DNA of 36,998 nucleotides from a virus (Duplodnaviria > Caudoviricetes): positions 1-36,998 of the IMG/VR virus record IMGVR_UViG_3300007544_000177; one strand, 5' to 3'. Every line of letters begins with the position of its first letter. Within the stretch, counting starts at the first letter, position 1. Below, in pieces: positions 36,968 through 36,998 of the stretch. The position numbers were made by a program, and so were the translations under genes. The notes beneath the pieces are model-generated. The model ran no database searches. It was not told the origin of the DNA and saw only the letters and a list, made by a program, of their open reading frames with translations.

Positions 36968-36998
36968 ATGGCAAATTCAAAATTATTGAAAGAAGCAA
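36968..36998 (+). CDS. Start of next gene (MANSKLLKEA...), probably the prohead scaffold preceding the major capsid gene
   Basis: ATG with upstream AAGGA; T4-like gene order protease > scaffold > capsid. Only 10 codons are visible. Confidence 0.55.
   Translation, partial: MANSKLLKEA

Noticed and set aside
1-36998. Alternative genetic code (TAG or TGA recoding, seen in some large phages)
   Set aside because: Standard code gives full-length terminase, portal and protease; TAG ends genes cleanly at 16869, 32567, 35799 and 36599.
1-36998. CRISPR arrays, tRNAs, introns/inteins, homing endonucleases, transposases
   Set aside because: No spaced repeats or cloverleafs noticed; terminase and portal are of ordinary length without intein motifs. 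Checked by eye only.

Overview
AT-rich, gene-dense window with every credible gene on the + strand. It comes from a large T4-like tailed phage; the host is probably Bacteroidota (inferred from the bS21 type and the near absence of Shine-Dalgarno sites). Positions 1-22349 are an uninterrupted ~22 kb glycan/nucleotide-sugar modification cluster: GT4- and GT2-like glycosyltransferases, a methyltransferase, three GT7 (beta-1,4-galactosyltransferase-like) paralogues each with a LamG/ConA domain inserted inside the catalytic domain, three GT10-like proteins, three SGNH-like proteins, two radical SAM enzymes, three extended SDRs, RmlC and split minimal TPP-dependent E1 alpha/beta subunits. Positions 22364-36998 are the head-morphogenesis module: a 1411-aa multi-enzyme protein, terminase large subunit, portal, prohead protease, small head proteins, a Dps-like protein, a ribosomal protein bS21 missed by the ORF track and the start of a probable scaffold gene. 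The strongest candidates for novelty are (i) apparent protease-processed virion polyproteins, including one with HxGH nucleotidyltransferase, HExxH peptidase and KxDG ligase-fold domains, (ii) a probable -1 frameshift at A_AAA_AAG_TAA (34526-34535), (iii) a phage branched-sugar/glycosylation pathway and (iv) bS21 followed by a structured, SD-bearing leader. All family assignments come from motif recognition by eye; no searches were run.
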